From positions 62,001-126,000 of the IMG/VR virus record IMGVR_UViG_3300009104_001827: DNA of 64,000 nucleotides. One strand, 5' to 3'. Positions 1 through 8,680 of this stretch are shown here, one piece after another. Position 1 is the stretch's first letter; each line of letters opens with the position of its first letter. A program made the translations under genes and the position numbers. The notes beneath the pieces are model-generated. The model made no database searches, had not been told where the DNA came from, and worked only from the letters and a program-made list of their open reading frames with translations.

Positions 1-408
1 CCCAAAATCCTCGTTTATGTATCCAAGGCTTTGGAGGATATTGCGGGTGTACTTTGTCTCTGGCATTGGGGGTACGTTCAAAAATCCGGGCGCACTGGGA
101 TCTCTCCACTCATCGCCCTGCGGGGCATCTCTGAGCTCCTGTCTCCACGCTCTGATCGCAAGTTCTTCGCTATCCGTTAAGGGGCTATCTCCAACCACAA
201 GCCAATCAGTTGCACTCAATAATTCATTCCTTCTTTTCACTGCGTCTGCGATTTTTGCGAACGTCGAAGCGTCCTCTCCGTTAATTAGATTAGTGGAAAC
301 TTCATCTATGGTCTCTAAGGCCTCCAGCATGGCGAAGGGGTCGAGTAGCTCCATTGCGGGATCCGGATGGATCATCGGGACAGTTGGGTTTTGTTGTTCT
401 TCACTCAT
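1..408 (-). CDS. Tail fibre assembly chaperone (Phage_tail_APC/Tfa-like), 3' end runs off the window
   Basis: Not in the ORF track. Manual translation from ATG 408 gives MSEEQQNPTV...KRRNELLSATDWLVVGDSPLTDSEELAIRAWRQELRDAPQ..., matching the R..LL..SDW...D.PL...W..YRQ.LRD.P chaperone signature. It lies directly downstream of a fibre/spike gene. Confidence 0.75.
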   Translation of the reverse strand, partial: MSEEQQNPTVPMIHPDPAMELLDPFAMLEALETIDEVSTNLINGEDASTFAKIADAVKRRNELLSATDWLVVGDSPLTDSEELAIRAWRQELRDAPQGDEWRDPSAPGFLNVPPMPETKYTRNILQSLGYINEDFG

Positions 409-435
409 AAAAAATTGTTTTTTAGCTTGTAGGAA

Positions 436-3192
436 TTAGTACCCATCTCCCCAGTTTGTAGGGGTGTATGGTGATGTGTGCCATTGATTATAATAATAGG
501 GCGTACCTTCATCCCACCAATAAGGCTGCTTTCTTCCATTGATCCCCTCAACGAAATTATGGATTGCCGGGCGAGCCTCAAGGTCAATAAAGTAACACTG
601 TATCCAGTCATCATATACCCCGCCATTGTTAACATAACATGTCTCCAGTGGAAAAATTGAATTATGCTCACCCACGACTTCCACGCCGATTCCCGGAGGA
701 TTATACGCGAGGGTGAAGACCGACCCCGTACCTCCGGGCTTCAGTTGCTGATGAGAAAACTGAAGCGAAGGAAAGCCCCATAGATCCGTACCAGTGCTTG
801 TTAAAGCACCCATCGTACCCATATTATGAAGGTAGCTTTTCCCGTATCCGACCCCAGCCGCTCCAGTGCGATCCTCGAGCGGGGTCCCTGGATATTCGCT
901 TTGATTTAAAAAGTTACATCCACCTATAATCGGCCAATTCTTGACTTCGCCGCTGGTAAGCGTGAAGTGATCCATTGATCCATTGCCGTTTTTATATTTA
1001 AATATTCCCCGGCTATTGGTTTGCGTGTTTGGGGCCGGGAACGTACCACCATGCAGACTCCAGACATGTGCGCCGTTATGTATTGCCGCATGGAAACTAT
1101 GATCGGTAATTCCTCCACCGTATTGATCGTTAAAAAATTCTGAGTATTCAGCCATCCACATCCAACCCCGATCACCAATGTAATTCATTGTTGAGTACTG
1201 CTTGGCTAAATAAATTCTTGCGTCTGCAGAGCAAAAGGAATACGCCGACTCGCATGGACTGTTGATCGTGGCCCCTATGCGGCAATTTTTGCCATTAGGA
1301 TAATGTTGTACGAAATTGTAGCCTCCCTCTGAGAAGCCGGGTTCCGACGGGATGGGAGTTAAGGCCTGTACCTGTGTATTTGAAATTGTCTTCTTCTGCC
1401 AGTGTCGGAAACCTCTTGCGTCAAAATAGGAATAGGTTCCGTCGCCGTCGCTAGGAGCCCCCATTGCGGTTCCAGTAAAATTAGTGTCACCGTTGGAAAT
1501 GTATTGACCCTTTATGACTCCAGGGAGACACTCCGAGAAAACCCCACCGTTAGTAACCGTGCAAGTTTTCCATCCTTGCCACGGTATTTCTTTACTCGTT
1601 CCCGCGACGTTCCAAAAGTTTGCTTCACGTACGGTGCCGCCATCGGTGTAAGATTTGGTCGGCGTTACTCCTCGATAATACCAATTTAAGCTATCGACAT
1701 CGTAATGCTCCCAGTTCGGGTCATTAATATTCCCATGGGCATTAACTAACCAAGAATGATGGTTGAAGTCTCCCCAGTTGATGAAGCCGGTGCCAGAGGT
1801 ATTTGCCTTGTTTGTTGCGCCGCCACTCTTAAGGGTTGTTCCATTGTGGTAAAGTAAAGTATTCGAATCTAAGGTTATTAAGCCCAATGCCCTATACCAC
1901 CCATGATATAAGGGGTCCCAGCAGCATGTTGATACGCCCGCCACCCCGGAGTCGTTGATTCCTACTCTCGCTAATTGTACGATTTGCTTGGGTGCGGCAT
2001 GCCACAAGGCTTCTTCTGAAGCCAAAGCGACTGCGTTCTGCTGCATGTGACTGAGATGATGTGTGATTTGATGCTGCCACGCTGACGTGGTGGTTCCAAC
2101 GGAATAATGGCGAATGTTGCACATAATGTAAACACTGCCTCCTTCAATTACTTCAAATATAGTTGAGCATCCGTGCTTTGACATGAAGGTGACCCCTCTT
2201 TGGTTTGCCTGAACGTGAATCGCAGCCTCTAGATTAAGGCAATTTTCCCCAAACAAATGCATCCTGCCGTTACTGACCCTGAAAAACCTTTGGTTTCCAA
2301 TCTGTCGACTATAATGTGTGTCTGCCCATACCAAGCCGGAGATATAGATCTTAGGGATGTCCCTAAACCAAATTCTTAAGCCGCTCCCGCCACCCATGTG
2401 GATATACACGTCACCAATGGCCTGGCCTTCGCGAGGTTCCATTCGGCGGTCCACCCGACAGGCGGAGTCATTTACGCCAAGGTCTGCCGTTACATATGTG
2501 CTTCGAGCGACACCCGTACTATTGGGCCCTCCTGCGGTATCATAGTCTGGCGCCCAGCGGTTATGAGCCCACTTATCGTTTGGATGCGCTTTTCCTAAGT
2601 CCCAGACTTTGGTGGTTGAATTGTAGGAGCCGATAAATCTGTGTTTCGGTATAAAAGATATGACATTTAAATTCATTCCCCCTGTGAAGTTGGGGCTGAA
2701 TTGATGAAGCTTGTCCGCTTGATGAAAGCAGTGGGTGGAGCCAACGAAATCGAATTGCAAATCCCAGCCTCCGGGCACATTGTACCTAGCCCAAGTCATA
2801 GCCTCATGTAGGTCCAGGAAGGGCCTATTGAGCACAAACATAGGGACTGGTTGATCCACTGCCGTGAAATGACAAAAATCTGTAGCCTTAATATCTTCCG
2901 GAGTGTTTCCTCTACCGGGATGTATTAGGTTCCACGATTTATCGTCCCAATTGTTTGATGCCGACCTTTCTACGCCCTGTAAATCTGTTAATGAAGAGCT
3001 GTGTCCAACCCAAATTTTCGCACGGGTAACCATTGTAGTTTCTCCGCTAGAATCTGAGGCGACCATGCCTTCGGAAATTAATCTATTAAGGGGAACCTTT
3101 TTTGTAGTTCCATCTTCTTGGGCTATCAATAAATAGTCATTAGCCTTGAGTGAGGAGGCATCTCCCAATTGTCGTATTGTTGTATTCGCCAT
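436..3192 (-). CDS. Tail spike / receptor-binding protein (918 aa)
   Basis: Likely start is MANTTIRQLGDASSLKANDYLLIAQEDGTTKKV (ATG 3192), a typical fibre N-terminal attachment motif. RPFLDLHEA resembles the PF.TI..A start of beta-helix domains. The body is Gly/Asn/Trp/Tyr-rich and the chaperone gene follows. Confidence 0.6.
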   Translation of the reverse strand: MANTTIRQLGDASSLKANDYLLIAQEDGTTKKVPLNRLISEGMVASDSSGETTMVTRAKIWVGHSSSLTDLQGVERSASNNWDDKSWNLIHPGRGNTPEDIKATDFCHFTAVDQPVPMFVLNRPFLDLHEAMTWARYNVPGGWDLQFDFVGSTHCFHQADKLHQFSPNFTGGMNLNVISFIPKHRFIGSYNSTTKVWDLGKAHPNDKWAHNRWAPDYDTAGGPNSTGVARSTYVTADLGVNDSACRVDRRMEPREGQAIGDVYIHMGGGSGLRIWFRDIPKIYISGLVWADTHYSRQIGNQRFFRVSNGRMHLFGENCLNLEAAIHVQANQRGVTFMSKHGCSTIFEVIEGGSVYIMCNIRHYSVGTTTSAWQHQITHHLSHMQQNAVALASEEALWHAAPKQIVQLARVGINDSGVAGVSTCCWDPLYHGWYRALGLITLDSNTLLYHNGTTLKSGGATNKANTSGTGFINWGDFNHHSWLVNAHGNINDPNWEHYDVDSLNWYYRGVTPTKSYTDGGTVREANFWNVAGTSKEIPWQGWKTCTVTNGGVFSECLPGVIKGQYISNGDTNFTGTAMGAPSDGDGTYSYFDARGFRHWQKKTISNTQVQALTPIPSEPGFSEGGYNFVQHYPNGKNCRIGATINSPCESAYSFCSADARIYLAKQYSTMNYIGDRGWMWMAEYSEFFNDQYGGGITDHSFHAAIHNGAHVWSLHGGTFPAPNTQTNSRGIFKYKNGNGSMDHFTLTSGEVKNWPIIGGCNFLNQSEYPGTPLEDRTGAAGVGYGKSYLHNMGTMGALTSTGTDLWGFPSLQFSHQQLKPGGTGSVFTLAYNPPGIGVEVVGEHNSIFPLETCYVNNGGVYDDWIQCYFIDLEARPAIHNFVEGINGRKQPYWWDEGTPYYYNQWHTSPYTPTNWGDGY

Positions 3193-3215
3193 GGTGAGTT
3201 CTTTACTATAAATAA

Positions 3216-3270
3216 TACACTTAAAACAAATAAAGATCAAAAAATATTTACCTACCCCGGTTTAAGTGTA
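3216..3270. promoter_or_regulatory. Divergent pair of GTGTA putative late promoters
   Basis: TACACTTAAA (3216-3225) and TTTAAGTGTA (3261-3270) form an inverted pair between divergent genes. Confidence 0.6.
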
Positions 3271-3279
3271 AAGATATCT

Positions 3280-5670
3280 ATGCCAAAGAAATTTATAGAC
3301 CTGATTGATCGCGTAGCTGACTTTAAATCATTCGTTGATGAAAACGGAGATCTTATTTTTAAAAACAACAGCTCCCTTATTGAATCTGGGGACTTAGATG
3401 GAGGAACCTTTTCGCTTAACCGAGCATACCTGCTGGCTAAAACGGAATCGATAAGAAATTTCTATCCTCGAAGCCTTAATCATATATTGACAACTTATAG
3501 CGAATCCTCTGGCAGTAGTGGCTCAGACAGTAGCGGCAACACTACTCCCTCCGGCAATTCAAAAAAAGCCACATCTACCGGGAACGCAGGAAACGGAACT
3601 CCGTATAGCGGAAACAATGATGACGCCACTGCCGCAGGTACTGGAAGCGTTAACACCAATACTACCGAAGGTAAAAAAAAGATAGAAGTCTCCGATCCTT
3701 CAAATTTTCAAGTTGGAGATGTTATAATCGTCGGAGATGCTCATTCTGCTAAAATAGAAACTGTAACAATAATCTCAATTGACGGTGACACTGTAACTGT
3801 CGACCCCCCCTTTGAAAACGACCACACCGGAAAGCCAATTAAGAAAAAAGGTAATTCCTCCAATGACTGGTATCAGAATGATGTATGGGGGTGGTACTGG
3901 GTTGATTCCTCTGGGGATTGGATTTATAGTAATAAATATAGCACCTGGATTTTTGTCGGTCGCCTTACGGAAAAGGGAGGTAAGACTTGGGGTTGGTGTT
4001 TTATCTCTGGAAATGGAGGAGGAGAGTGGGTTAACGTTGCCGGAGGGGCGCTAGTTAAAACAAATGGCTCAAGCTTTACCGGAAGTGATGCCGGAACAAC
4101 GGGTCTGGGAGGAGATAAAACTTCTAGCTTTAATAGCTTTAAAAATCAGTCCACCTCTACCGGCGGAGGCTCTGGCGTTGATTCGTCTTCTATTCCCTCT
4201 GGATTAGAGGGTAATGATCTTGGGTCTGGGACCGATAATGGAACTAAAACCTTCAGCAGTCTTTTGGGCTGGTTTATATGGGATGGTTTCTCAAAGAGGG
4301 TTTGGTCTATAAAGTTTGGAGGATGGTTAATTTTCGGGGACGAAGATGATCCTGGTCTATTTGATCCATACGATCTGAAGGACACTACCGTCTGTAAATT
4401 TTATCCGCCTGGGGGCCCAGAGAAAACTTGCACTTTGACTAAAAACCCATTAGCCCTAAAGGACGATAGCGATGATGATATCAGTGTAGTCGATAACACG
4501 GGAAGTGTGAATCCGACTCAAGAAGTCAGCGTTACATCTGAACCTCCTGCCGAAACAACCGTGGCGCTCCCGAATGGCTGGCATCACAGTGATCATTTCG
4601 GATTTTATTATGACTCGCACCCTTGGATATATTCTGATAGATTCGACGGATGGTTTTGGGTAAAAGAGCTCGGTGCAGACGGCAAAGGTAATCTTGGCTG
4701 GGTATTTTATGAGGCTAATAAGACCTGGTACTGGCTGAATTCACCGCATTTATTTAGGGCGAGTTCCACGCCTAATGATATATTTAATCCTGGAGACGCA
4801 GACGACGATTCGGGCGCTAACGTAGGCCAAAGTCCTGGCGAGCAAGATAGCAAGGATGGCGTGGACGTCGGAACTACTTTTCCAATCTTTGAAACTGACG
4901 ATACCTTCGGCCTTTGTATCGCTTACTCGAATAATATTCCTATATATAATGGATGGTTCTACAGTATAAGATTCGGTTGGGTTTGGGGTAACTCTAATAT
5001 CAATTGGTTTTATGTTAGTAAGTTTAAGGACTGGTTTTACTTTGGAAGCATTCTGTCGGAATCTGCCGGAGACGGATGGATTTATTCCCAAGGGAAGGGC
5101 GGCTGGTTTTGGAATACATTTGGAGTCCTCACTAGCGAACAAGGATTTAACTATTTACAAACGGGAGATGGAGGGCAAAATAGTACCGCCCCAGTTGGGG
5201 GCTCTTCTTCTCCTGATGGCAGCACTCCAAGCGGATCTGGAGGAAGCGTTCCCGATGTAACGGAAGAGCAATCTTCATTATCTTTACGAATCGCAACCGA
5301 CACGCAGACAGAAGTGCTAACCTGGAAAACAATCACCGACGCAGATGGGTCAATCGAGGTTCCTGATACAGTTTCAGTTACCGGCGGCGACACCATTGTT
5401 ACTGACCCATATAATGCAACATTAGCCTCGTGGGACTCTACTAGGGTCCTCTCTGAGGCAGATGTAGGCATCGTTTATGATGCCTTTATGTCTCCACATG
5501 GATTTGTGAACACTAATAGCCCAGACGGCGGATATTGGGTTGGTAAAACCTGGGGAGACTTAGAGTATGCCCTAATAAACACTCATAACCATAACAACGA
5601 TTGGAGATATATGAATAGCGGCGACAATATTGTTGTCGAAACCGACGAAGGTCAACAAATTAATTTATAA
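3280..5670 (+). CDS. Trp-rich repeat protein with Ser/Gly/Thr linkers, probably virion/surface associated (796 aa)
   Basis: ATG 3280 lies 9 nt after a GTGTA motif. Four blocks such as GWHHSDHFGFYYDSHPWIYSDRFDGWFWV and GWFYSIRFGWVWGNSNINWFYVSKFKDWFYF are separated by low-complexity linkers. Confidence 0.65.
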   Translation: MPKKFIDLIDRVADFKSFVDENGDLIFKNNSSLIESGDLDGGTFSLNRAYLLAKTESIRNFYPRSLNHILTTYSESSGSSGSDSSGNTTPSGNSKKATSTGNAGNGTPYSGNNDDATAAGTGSVNTNTTEGKKKIEVSDPSNFQVGDVIIVGDAHSAKIETVTIISIDGDTVTVDPPFENDHTGKPIKKKGNSSNDWYQNDVWGWYWVDSSGDWIYSNKYSTWIFVGRLTEKGGKTWGWCFISGNGGGEWVNVAGGALVKTNGSSFTGSDAGTTGLGGDKTSSFNSFKNQSTSTGGGSGVDSSSIPSGLEGNDLGSGTDNGTKTFSSLLGWFIWDGFSKRVWSIKFGGWLIFGDEDDPGLFDPYDLKDTTVCKFYPPGGPEKTCTLTKNPLALKDDSDDDISVVDNTGSVNPTQEVSVTSEPPAETTVALPNGWHHSDHFGFYYDSHPWIYSDRFDGWFWVKELGADGKGNLGWVFYEANKTWYWLNSPHLFRASSTPNDIFNPGDADDDSGANVGQSPGEQDSKDGVDVGTTFPIFETDDTFGLCIAYSNNIPIYNGWFYSIRFGWVWGNSNINWFYVSKFKDWFYFGSILSESAGDGWIYSQGKGGWFWNTFGVLTSEQGFNYLQTGDGGQNSTAPVGGSSSPDGSTPSGSGGSVPDVTEEQSSLSLRIATDTQTEVLTWKTITDADGSIEVPDTVSVTGGDTIVTDPYNATLASWDSTRVLSEADVGIVYDAFMSPHGFVNTNSPDGGYWVGKTWGDLEYALINTHNHNNDWRYMNSGDNIVVETDEGQQINL

Positions 5671-5679
5671 ACTATTAAA

Positions 5680-8667
5680 TTAATATTTATATGGGTCTTG
5701 TTTACCCTTTAGTTCTTCTATCTCAGACTTGAGTTCTTTTATTGCTTCTACTAATAGGGGAACTATTTTTTGATAGTCTACCATCTTGTAGTCTGAGTCG
5801 GGAAGGGCTTTAACGACCTGTGGGAGCACTTTTTCTAGCGATTGGGCCGAAAGACCTACCTGTTCCTCACCTGTGATGCCTACCTCTTTAGCGGCGTCAT
5901 TCCAGTCGAATGAGAAGCCTTCGAGCGAAGCGACCTTGTCGAGTGCGTTGTCAATTTTATTGGTGTTAGTTTTTAACCTATCATCCGAAGCATTATTCAT
6001 GGCCACTACGTCGCCATCGGCGATTATGCTTTGCCCGTCGTTATTTTTACCGTGGACCATTAGTATGGCATCGGAACCGTTGCCTGTTGTGGTGCCAATA
6101 GCGAGCGATGCTTCGCTGAAGTCTAGATCACCAGCGGGAATTTCCCCTGCGTTCACGGACACTGTTAATGTATCTTCCCAAGTACAAACCGTATCAATCC
6201 CCGTTCCTCCAAGAAGTTTTAAAGTGTTGTCGTGCGCTATGGTTTGAATAGTCGCAACTGCGTCTCCTCGAATTTTAAATGTTGTATCCTGACTTGTTCC
6301 TGCGGATATGACTCCCCAGCCAGGAACTCCGTTTGCGTCTGTCTTCCAAACTTTATCCGCATTATTAGTGCCTGGCGCACTGACATAGCCTTCTACTGTC
6401 GCAGTGTTAAGTTTCCATGTGTCAGTAGTTTTATATCCAGAATCATTTGACCATTGAGATATATTACCACTTTTATTTGTAAATGTTTGAGTATTAGATG
6501 CTGTGGTTGTTCCTGTATTTGTTGTATAACCCTTGCCATTCGTCAACTGATTATTGTTAGTTGGAATAGTTGTAGAGTTAAATGCATTAGAACCAAATGT
6601 AAATGTTTGATCATAACTAGTACCCCCGCTTACAGAAAATGTAAGAGTATTACCATTTTTAGTTATGCCATCTAAATAGTAATTTGCGCTAGTGGTACCA
6701 GCAGCGTCGTCTCGCCAGGCTGGATTGCCACTGCCGTCTGTTTTCCAGACCTTATTGGCTACATTGCCAGGCGCAGATACAAAACCATCTGCATTTTTAC
6801 TGTTCGCGACTCCAGCTGTATGCGTGCCTATTTTAACGGTGCCATCTGACTCGATGGTCATTCTAGTGGTATTATTCGTTTGAATTGTCAAATCGTGATT
6901 CGTAACCGTTCCGATTTGAGCTTCAGTTCCTGCCGTGGCATGATCCGTTATAGGGTTGATTTTGAAATTTACGGTTCCATCGGAAACATTAAGACGATGA
7001 CTTGGCAAATCAGCAGTCCCGATTCCGACGTTGCCGCCAGCACGAATAGTCATTGCTGTTGCATTATTTGTGTCGTCACGGAACAACAGTGAGTCAACTC
7101 CTGCGCCGCCAGTGTTTCCCCCTTCATTATATATTGTCCAACCGTTTCCTTCGTGGTCATGCAACATCAGATGCGAGTCCTCGCCGTCTGCGTCTGCCTT
7201 AACCTTGATGGAAGGATTACTGCCCTCGATATGTAGTTTACTACTAGGCTGATCAGTCCCGATTCCGACTTTGCCGTCATGGGTGATACGCATTTTTTCT
7301 AGACGATTAGGTTGTGCGCTTGTTCCTTCGTCTGTACCAAATACCAAAGAACTATATCGTGCGTTTGCTTGATCCTGAACCGAACCAATCCATGAATATC
7401 TACCAAAGCCGTTAGATGGTGTTTTAAGGTGAAACGCCAATCCTACGTTCTGACTGGCGCCGTCACCAGCCAATGAATTGGTGAGTACCAATGAAGTATT
7501 GACGGTTTGTAACGAACCTGAGTATTGAAGTGTAGACTCTGTAGAAACGTTAAGTGGGGCATTTGGCTGATCAGTCCCGATTCCGACGTTGCCGTCGGTG
7601 TCTATAAGGAATCTCGTGGCAGATATCGCAGTGGGGGTACTCGGACTTAATGTCGATCCTTCCGCAATTTGAAATGCTTGTGATCCATCTTTTATACCCA
7701 TTGTATATCGGACTCCACCCATATCTGTAAATGCCAAGTCCGCATCACCTACACCATCTGCTCCATTTTGGATTTCAAGTTTTGCACTGGGATTATCAGT
7801 CCCGATTCCGACGTTGCCGGCCGAATCAATAGTTATGCGGTCTGCGCCATTGGTTCGCAAGCCCATCGCGTTAGTGGCATTGTAGTATGTTACTCTCCCA
7901 ATAGACTTGTTATCTGGGTCACCAAGCAATAGAGCGGCGTTGTCGCCGGCATGTGAAGTTATGCTAATGTAGGCGTTGCTGCCGGATATGACTTTTTCAA
8001 CCGAAAGACTATAAAGCGGAGAAGTAGTCCCGATTCCGACTTTCTTATTAAATGACCATGCATTAGGGGTGGCGTAATAATTTAAAGATGCTCCTGCGCC
8101 ATCCACGGTTAGGCCTGCTCCATTGGCGGCTGATGCATTGGCCGCTCCTTTTGCTACTGTAATATTTAAATCTTCTACATCAAGTGTTGCTGTGTTTAAA
8201 GTTGTGGTCGTTCCATTAATGGTGAGGTTGCCAGAGACCGTAAGGTTATTGTAGAAACGAGCGTCGCCTTGGTCGTCGATCCTTAATGCGGTGTTGGTGA
8301 TGCCGCTTGCATAGTTATTGGACGTGCCGAAGTGAAGCTCGGTGCCGCTACCGGAGATTTTGGCTGCAATTCGCGCGATAGGTTTTGTGAAATCATTATA
8401 AGAAAAGTCCAGGGCGTTATAGTCGCCGGATTGATAATCGCTGTTCCTCAGCACAAATCCGCCCAAAGACGTGCCCGTGAATGAGGTAAGGTCATCATCG
8501 GTATGCACGGTCACCCGAGGCTTCCCGTCGCTCCCGGCATACGTATCAACAAACGTTATAGGCCCGAGATCGGATGTAATAGACATAGGGTTGCTAGCAT
8601 TACCGAAGGTGATCTCGTCTGATACGCTGTCGAATTTAAAAAGATTTTGAAAGTTTATTGAGCTCAT
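5680..8667 (-). CDS. Long tail fibre with GNVGIGT modules and C-terminal peptidase S74 intramolecular chaperone
   Basis: Repeated G[NK]VGIGT junctions. The C-terminus SDDRLKTN..IDNALDKV..LEGFSFDWN..VGLSAQ..EKVLPQVV..VDYQKIVPLLVEAIKEL fits S74. Confidence 0.9.
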   Translation of the reverse strand: MSSINFQNLFKFDSVSDEITFGNASNPMSITSDLGPITFVDTYAGSDGKPRVTVHTDDDLTSFTGTSLGGFVLRNSDYQSGDYNALDFSYNDFTKPIARIAAKISGSGTELHFGTSNNYASGITNTALRIDDQGDARFYNNLTVSGNLTINGTTTTLNTATLDVEDLNITVAKGAANASAANGAGLTVDGAGASLNYYATPNAWSFNKKVGIGTTSPLYSLSVEKVISGSNAYISITSHAGDNAALLLGDPDNKSIGRVTYYNATNAMGLRTNGADRITIDSAGNVGIGTDNPSAKLEIQNGADGVGDADLAFTDMGGVRYTMGIKDGSQAFQIAEGSTLSPSTPTAISATRFLIDTDGNVGIGTDQPNAPLNVSTESTLQYSGSLQTVNTSLVLTNSLAGDGASQNVGLAFHLKTPSNGFGRYSWIGSVQDQANARYSSLVFGTDEGTSAQPNRLEKMRITHDGKVGIGTDQPSSKLHIEGSNPSIKVKADADGEDSHLMLHDHEGNGWTIYNEGGNTGGAGVDSLLFRDDTNNATAMTIRAGGNVGIGTADLPSHRLNVSDGTVNFKINPITDHATAGTEAQIGTVTNHDLTIQTNNTTRMTIESDGTVKIGTHTAGVANSKNADGFVSAPGNVANKVWKTDGSGNPAWRDDAAGTTSANYYLDGITKNGNTLTFSVSGGTSYDQTFTFGSNAFNSTTIPTNNNQLTNGKGYTTNTGTTTASNTQTFTNKSGNISQWSNDSGYKTTDTWKLNTATVEGYVSAPGTNNADKVWKTDANGVPGWGVISAGTSQDTTFKIRGDAVATIQTIAHDNTLKLLGGTGIDTVCTWEDTLTVSVNAGEIPAGDLDFSEASLAIGTTTGNGSDAILMVHGKNNDGQSIIADGDVVAMNNASDDRLKTNTNKIDNALDKVASLEGFSFDWNDAAKEVGITGEEQVGLSAQSLEKVLPQVVKALPDSDYKMVDYQKIVPLLVEAIKELKSEIEELKGKQDPYKY
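7015..8040 (-). repeat. Interspersed 21-bp direct repeats (plus strand AGTCCCGATTCCGACGTTGCC) in fibre gene 5680-8667
   Basis: Perfect copies at 7015, 7573 and 7798; one mismatch at 7255; 15-nt partial copy at 8026. Confidence 0.95.
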
Positions 8668-8680
8668 GTTGTTTTTTCTG

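Noticed and set aside
3207-3214. T4-type late promoter TATAAATA
   Set aside because: Single occurrence in an AT-rich gap; the GTGTA motif is the one that recurs at other starts.
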